A stretch of 64,000 bases of DNA from an uncultured candidate division Zixibacteria bacterium (GTDB lineage: Bacteria; Zixibacteria; MSB-5A5; UBA10806; 4484-95): contig CAXXKA010000001.1 of NCBI GenBank assembly GCA_963668625.2, positions 1 through 64,000 of the forward strand, given 5' to 3'. The position numbers and the translations under genes were made by a program. How positions within the stretch are numbered: position 1 is the first letter of the stretch; every line of letters begins with the position of its first letter. The notes below the pieces were generated by a model. It searched no databases, had not been told where the DNA came from, and saw nothing but the letters and a program-made list of their open reading frames with translations. Positions 60,090 through 64,000 of this stretch are shown here, one piece after another.

Positions 60090-60773
60090 ATGTTAAATCA
60101 AAAGATAAAAGCGGTCGGATACTGTAGGGTATCAACCGATGAACAAGCCCAGGACGGTCTATCCCTGGATTATCAGCAAAGCCGAATCAGGGCTTATGCC
60201 GAGTCCCAGGACTGGCAATTAATCGGCTTTTATATCGATGCCGGTTATTCGGGCAAGGATACCAACCGGCCAGAGTTTCAACGGATGATAACCGATCTGG
60301 AATCTGGCAAGGCTAATATCCTGATTGTCCTCAAGCTCGACAGAATCACCCGTAAACAGCGCGATTTATTGAATCTGCTTGAGGGCATACTGGAGCCATC
60401 AGGAATAGGCTTTAAAAGCGTTCAGGAGCCGTTTGACACGTCTACCGGTATGGGTAAGGCATTTATAGGCATGGTTTCAGTTTTCGCCCAGCTTGAGGGA
60501 GATATGATATCCGAACGCACAACCAGCATATTGAGAAACAAGCAAAAAAACGGTGAATGGGTTGGCCGAATCCCCTACGGTTTTCGGGTAAAAGATGGAA
60601 AGTTAGTAGAGGATATAGAGCAAATGGAGGTGATAAAACAAATCAAACGATTAAAGAGCAAAGGTATGACAGTCAGGCAAATAGCAAACCGGTTTCCCTT
60701 ATCGATTGCGACCATAAGCCGCTTGACTTCTACCCACCTGAATAGATATAAATCTAAGTATCTAAAGGGATAG
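60090..60773 (+). CDS. Small serine recombinase (resolvase/invertase family) with C-terminal HTH
   Basis: GYCRVSTDEQ, D.G.SG...RPEF, KLDRITR, FAQLE...ISERT. Confidence 0.9.
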   Translation: MLNQKIKAVGYCRVSTDEQAQDGLSLDYQQSRIRAYAESQDWQLIGFYIDAGYSGKDTNRPEFQRMITDLESGKANILIVLKLDRITRKQRDLLNLLEGILEPSGIGFKSVQEPFDTSTGMGKAFIGMVSVFAQLEGDMISERTTSILRNKQKNGEWVGRIPYGFRVKDGKLVEDIEQMEVIKQIKRLKSKGMTVRQIANRFPLSIATISRLTSTHLNRYKSKYLKG

Positions 60774-60785
60774 GGGAGAAGCTCA

Positions 60786-60811
60786 GTTTCATAACCGACC
60801 GGTTTTGAAAC
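60786..60811. other. Candidate serine-recombinase crossover site (12-2-12)
   Basis: GTTTCATAACCG-AC-CGGTTTTGAAAC, 12 nt after the recombinase stop. Confidence 0.45.
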
Positions 60812-60872
60812 AAAGCCAGCGATTCTAAGGGAAATCTGATAACAAGTTATTTAAAATAGAAAGAGTTTAAGG

Positions 60873-61079
60873 ATGCCGAAAAAAGATCAAAAATCAAGTG
60901 CAGAAAAGCGTATACCAGATGGTTTCATGAGAAAGACCTATGTTGTAAAAAAAGACCTGGTAGAGAAAGTCGAACGCTATGCATATTGGGGCAGGCTAAA
61001 AATCCAGGATGTAGTAAACAACGCCTTAAAAGAATACCTAAAAGATAAAAACACCAGGCCAATACCGGATAAAAAATAA
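60873..61079 (+). CDS. CopG/RHH-like DNA-binding protein
   Basis: RKTYVVKKDLVEKV..YAYW....IQDVVNNALKEYL. Confidence 0.7.
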   Translation: MPKKDQKSSAEKRIPDGFMRKTYVVKKDLVEKVERYAYWGRLKIQDVVNNALKEYLKDKNTRPIPDKK

Positions 61080-61228
61080 TAATTTAAATGGATTTAACAG
61101 GTTTGTAGTAGTAGATTATTTTGAATGTTATACATTTTCTTTTAAATATTTCTTATCTATAATATTTTATAAAGAAATCTTGTAGAAGTACGTGAAGAAT
61201 ATAAGGATTGAATATTTAGAATAAATTG

Positions 61229-61621
61229 CTATGGTTCAAAAACTTGAAATTTATCAGTATTGTTTTCGGAATAATCTTTACCTATTTTTTCAGAAATAAT
61301 CTCCCAACCTACTTTGCCATATTTCAATTTACCACGTAATACTGTTGATATAAAGATTCCAACTATTGTTTTGTTTTGAACATCTACTGCATATATTAGT
61401 CTATACCCCTCATTTCCACCTATATATATTTTGAAAATCATACCAGGAAAAAATTCATTATTATCTATTTTTATTCTCCCACCAGCATTAAGAGGATCAG
61501 CTAAGCATTTCTCGATTTGTTTTAGAAAAGATTTATTATGCTTACTACCAGCAATAGTTTTAAATGATTCATAATTTTCTATAAAACTGTCATGGGCTAA
61601 GAATTTGTAGGAATCAGCCAA
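61229..61621 (-). CDS. RelE/ParE-like toxin
   Basis: L..DP..G...IFKIYIGG..GYRLIY.VD pattern; overlaps the upstream gene. Confidence 0.55.
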   Translation of the reverse strand: MADSYKFLAHDSFIENYESFKTIAGSKHNKSFLKQIEKCLADPLNAGGRIKIDNNEFFPGMIFKIYIGGNEGYRLIYAVDVQNKTIVGIFISTVLRGKLKYGKVGWEIISEKIGKDYSENNTDKFQVFEP

Positions 61622-62237
61622 TCTTATAAGTCCGTTTTACTTTTGATACATCGAACTTTGTTTTATGAATTATATTGCAGATCAATCCCATAGCTGACAT
61701 AAAATTAGGATTCAGTATCAAGTCTAAATTTTCGCATTCATTATCATCAAGATCAGGTATTTCTAACATTTCGGGGACATTCTCATCAAAGAATACAGTT
61801 TCCCCTTTAATTGCTCCAAGTTCTTCGATTTCTTTGTATGCAATTTTGATTATCTCATCTAATCCAAGATATCCGATTTCATCAATAGCTTTTTCAGTAT
61901 TTGCTATTAATGAAGCAAATTGAACATTATCTATAATATTCTGAAAATCGTCAATCTTAATAAATTGCGAAATTTCATAATGATTACCAGTCCCGCAATC
62001 TAATGGAACTGCTTTTAAATACCCCATTGATAATAATTGCTCAAGAATAAAGAATAGATCAAAACTGAATTGACCGTGATTATAGTATTGGAATTTAAAA
62101 GGTTTAATATCTGAATTTTTCAATGCTTCGTACATCGATTTTTGAAGCCTGGTACTTCCGTATACCCCATCTTTAAATTTGCTTATAAAATATAGGGTGT
62201 ATAACCTTTTAAATGTTTCTTTTTCTATCTTACCCAT
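61614..62237 (-). CDS. Panacea/SocA (DUF4065/YwgA)-like antitoxin
   Basis: G.TRLQKSMY...F.YYNHG.FS.DL...LE.L...G. Confidence 0.55.
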   Translation of the reverse strand: MGKIEKETFKRLYTLYFISKFKDGVYGSTRLQKSMYEALKNSDIKPFKFQYYNHGQFSFDLFFILEQLLSMGYLKAVPLDCGTGNHYEISQFIKIDDFQNIIDNVQFASLIANTEKAIDEIGYLGLDEIIKIAYKEIEELGAIKGETVFFDENVPEMLEIPDLDDNECENLDLILNPNFMSAMGLICNIIHKTKFDVSKVKRTYKIG

Positions 62238-62695
62238 TTTGCTACCTACCTTTGCTATTATATCATATCGGTAAAATTTAGCAAGTTATTTCGATATTTA
62301 TTACTGCACACATGCACAGTATATAACGTATAGTTTATCGGCTTTGTTTCTATTAACTATTCTGCCTTTCTCAAATCGATTCAATAAAAGTGTAATTTTG
62401 ATGTCAGCTGGCGTTACGAACAAGTTTTGGTATATAGAAAATATTGTAAATCTATTAGAAAAACTTGAATAAATAATATTGACATCCCTCAACAATATGT
62501 TAACTTATTAATGTCGTTTTGGACAATTCGCAGGAATATAGTCATATAGGAGGTTGGATGGCGTAAGCGTGTAGCCCCTTTTAGGCCTTGTTTCTCTTTC
62601 AGTTTAGGTTACCGGGGCTCTCTCCTTGAGGAGCTTTATGGCTCTTCAAGGGAGAAGCCCGACTGCTAACTTAAACCTGAAAGGAGGTGAGGCTT

Positions 62696-62827
62696 ATGAG
62701 TAAGGTTAACGAGAAGCCCGAAAAAGGCATGATCGAGATATTCTGTCGTTACATCACACGTAATGGCAAAAGGATATACCCGAAAAATGCCAAACTCTTT
62801 CACTTCTTCGTAAAAGAGAAGAAGTAG
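62696..62827 (+). CDS. 43-aa basic peptide in a highly structured mRNA
   Basis: AAGGAGGT RBS; MSKVNEKPEKGMIEIFCRYITRNGKRIYPKNAKLFHFFVKEKK (below ORF-track cut-off). Confidence 0.7.
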   Translation: MSKVNEKPEKGMIEIFCRYITRNGKRIYPKNAKLFHFFVKEKK

Positions 62828-62911
62828 TGAGATAGGGCAGACGCCTCCACCTCCTTAGAATCGCAATAATTTTCAGTTTTCAAAAAACCAACCAAGAAAG
62901 GTGGTATCCTA

Positions 62912-63214
62912 ATGAGTAACGAAAAACTACAATTTAACGAACTATCAATAATGCTTTTGCCAGACAAACATGGTATCTACTTCCTTTTTGATAGGGAAGA
63001 GATTATCTATATTGGTCGAGCACATGGAACCGGTGTTTCTATTCCATCTCGCTTAACCGATCACTTAAAGGGCAAAGATGGGGATTGTACTAAAAACGCT
63101 TCGCATTTTGCATATGAAGTATGCTCCGACCCAGTAAATAAAGAAAAAGAATTGTTAGCTACGTTTAAATTACAAACCGGTGAATTACCTCGCTGTAATG
63201 AACGAATAGGCTGA
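62912..63214 (+). CDS. Small GIY-YIG nuclease-family protein
   Basis: GIYFL...IYIGRA...SRL.DH...E...P.CN. Confidence 0.8.
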   Translation: MSNEKLQFNELSIMLLPDKHGIYFLFDREEIIYIGRAHGTGVSIPSRLTDHLKGKDGDCTKNASHFAYEVCSDPVNKEKELLATFKLQTGELPRCNERIG

Positions 63215-63217
63215 GTT

Positions 63218-63433
63218 TCAACCACTTTTCGGCCTCCCACAAAATCCTATAAAACTTGTCCCTGCTCCGGCTTCCTTACCTGTGCTATCAAAAATGAAAT
63301 CCCTGTTTTTATTAGGAATATCACCATATATTCTAAACCGCATTCGATTATCTGAATCTATATAGAATTCAAATACCAGTTCGGAAACCGGGTCGTCAAT
63401 AATTTGCGGTTGTATAGACCATTTTTTAGCCAA
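63218..63433 (-). CDS. Hypothetical protein
   Basis: GAGGAAGG RBS, TTG start. Confidence 0.5.
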   Translation of the reverse strand: MAKKWSIQPQIIDDPVSELVFEFYIDSDNRMRFRIYGDIPNKNRDFIFDSTGKEAGAGTSFIGFCGRPKSG

Positions 63434-63515
63434 AATTAAAATCCTTCCTCAAACTGACCCATACCGAAATTTCTAATACATTTTCTTTTTATAGATTGCA
63501 TTGTATTCTTAACGG

Positions 63516-63932
63516 TTACCTTCCAAACATCATTTCGTATAACCCCCAAGCTCTTCTACTATTCCCACCAGTAAACTGCTTAAACCATCTATGGGTACTC
63601 CCATTATGCTCTTTCTGTGATCTGTAAGTAAGATTGTAGCATTTCCTGCAGGCGAATTTAGTATCACCAGGGCGATTCCATAATTTTGCATATTTCTTTC
63701 GGCAGTAGGGACAAAGAAACCAGTGGCGATATCCGCCGAATTGTGTCATGGTTTTAACCATATGCACCCATTGATTTGGACAAGTTGGCCTGCCTGTATC
63801 ATCACAAAAACTGACATTAATTATTGGTGCTACCTTCGAATCCCAGATTATCTTTTTTATCTTGGGATCAAAGGTTGAAAGCTCATCACATTCTTCAACC
63901 ATCAACCGATCTGACCAAGGTTCTCTACCCAT
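63516..63932 (-). CDS. Zn-finger hypothetical protein typical of mobile elements
   Basis: GG.RHWFLCP.C...FACRKCYNL.Y.SQ. Confidence 0.65.
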   Translation of the reverse strand: MGREPWSDRLMVEECDELSTFDPKIKKIIWDSKVAPIINVSFCDDTGRPTCPNQWVHMVKTMTQFGGYRHWFLCPYCRKKYAKLWNRPGDTKFACRKCYNLTYRSQKEHNGSTHRWFKQFTGGNSRRAWGLYEMMFGR

Positions 63933-64000
63933 TCAAACCCCCTGAGTTTTTCCGAAATCATGTAAAAAAATTCAAGTCCAATCAGGATTAAAAATCTATG

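Larger units (their letters stand above)
44567..64000. mobile_element. Integrative element (genomic island/phage-satellite-like) at tRNA-Gln; right end outside window
   Basis: Integrase abutting the tRNA, visible drop in GC, primase-helicase, R-M, TA and recombinase cargo. Confidence 0.88.

Noticed and set aside
777-62495. Numerous antisense or alternate-frame ORFs in the track (e.g. 2760-3257, 9267-9893, 33746-34303, 36563-37159, 43563-44069)
   Set aside because: They are shadows of well-supported genes on the opposite strand or frame and have no independent motifs.

Overview
Bacterial genomic window, probably from an FCB-group lineage. The many secreted proteins with 'PNPFNAST...' C-terminal secretion tails and a dockerin-like gingipain suggest candidate Zixibacteria (inference). 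Bases 1-44.5 kb are chromosomal. They carry folC, uvrB, a DUF4388/MshEN locus, a small Zn-ribbon protein resembling ribosomal bL38/DUF4295 and a 4-subunit 2-oxoacid:ferredoxin oxidoreductase. They also carry a 3.1-kb mosaic tandem duplication of two secreted-protein genes, LVIVD-repeat and C25 peptidase genes, an orphan histidine-free Cas6b-like gene back-to-back with an archaeal-type gatE, and kdsB-pyrG-kdsA. Further on are a fused fungal-type homoaconitase plus a PrpD-family gene, proC, sixA, gltX and tRNA-Gln(CTG). Intergenic spaces hold several families of REP-like palindromes, one interrupted by a MITE. From ~44.57 kb to the window end lies an AT-rich integrative element at tRNA-Gln, whose large serine integrase ORF reads antisense through the whole tRNA. 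It encodes a Prim-Pol/SF3 helicase, a type III-like R-M pair, candidate defence genes, a mini clamp-loader-like ATPase, a second serine recombinase with a 26-bp candidate crossover site, a Panacea-like/RelE-like TA pair and at least two candidate structured RNAs. The right end of the element is not visible. All calls come from motif recognition by eye; no database searches were run.
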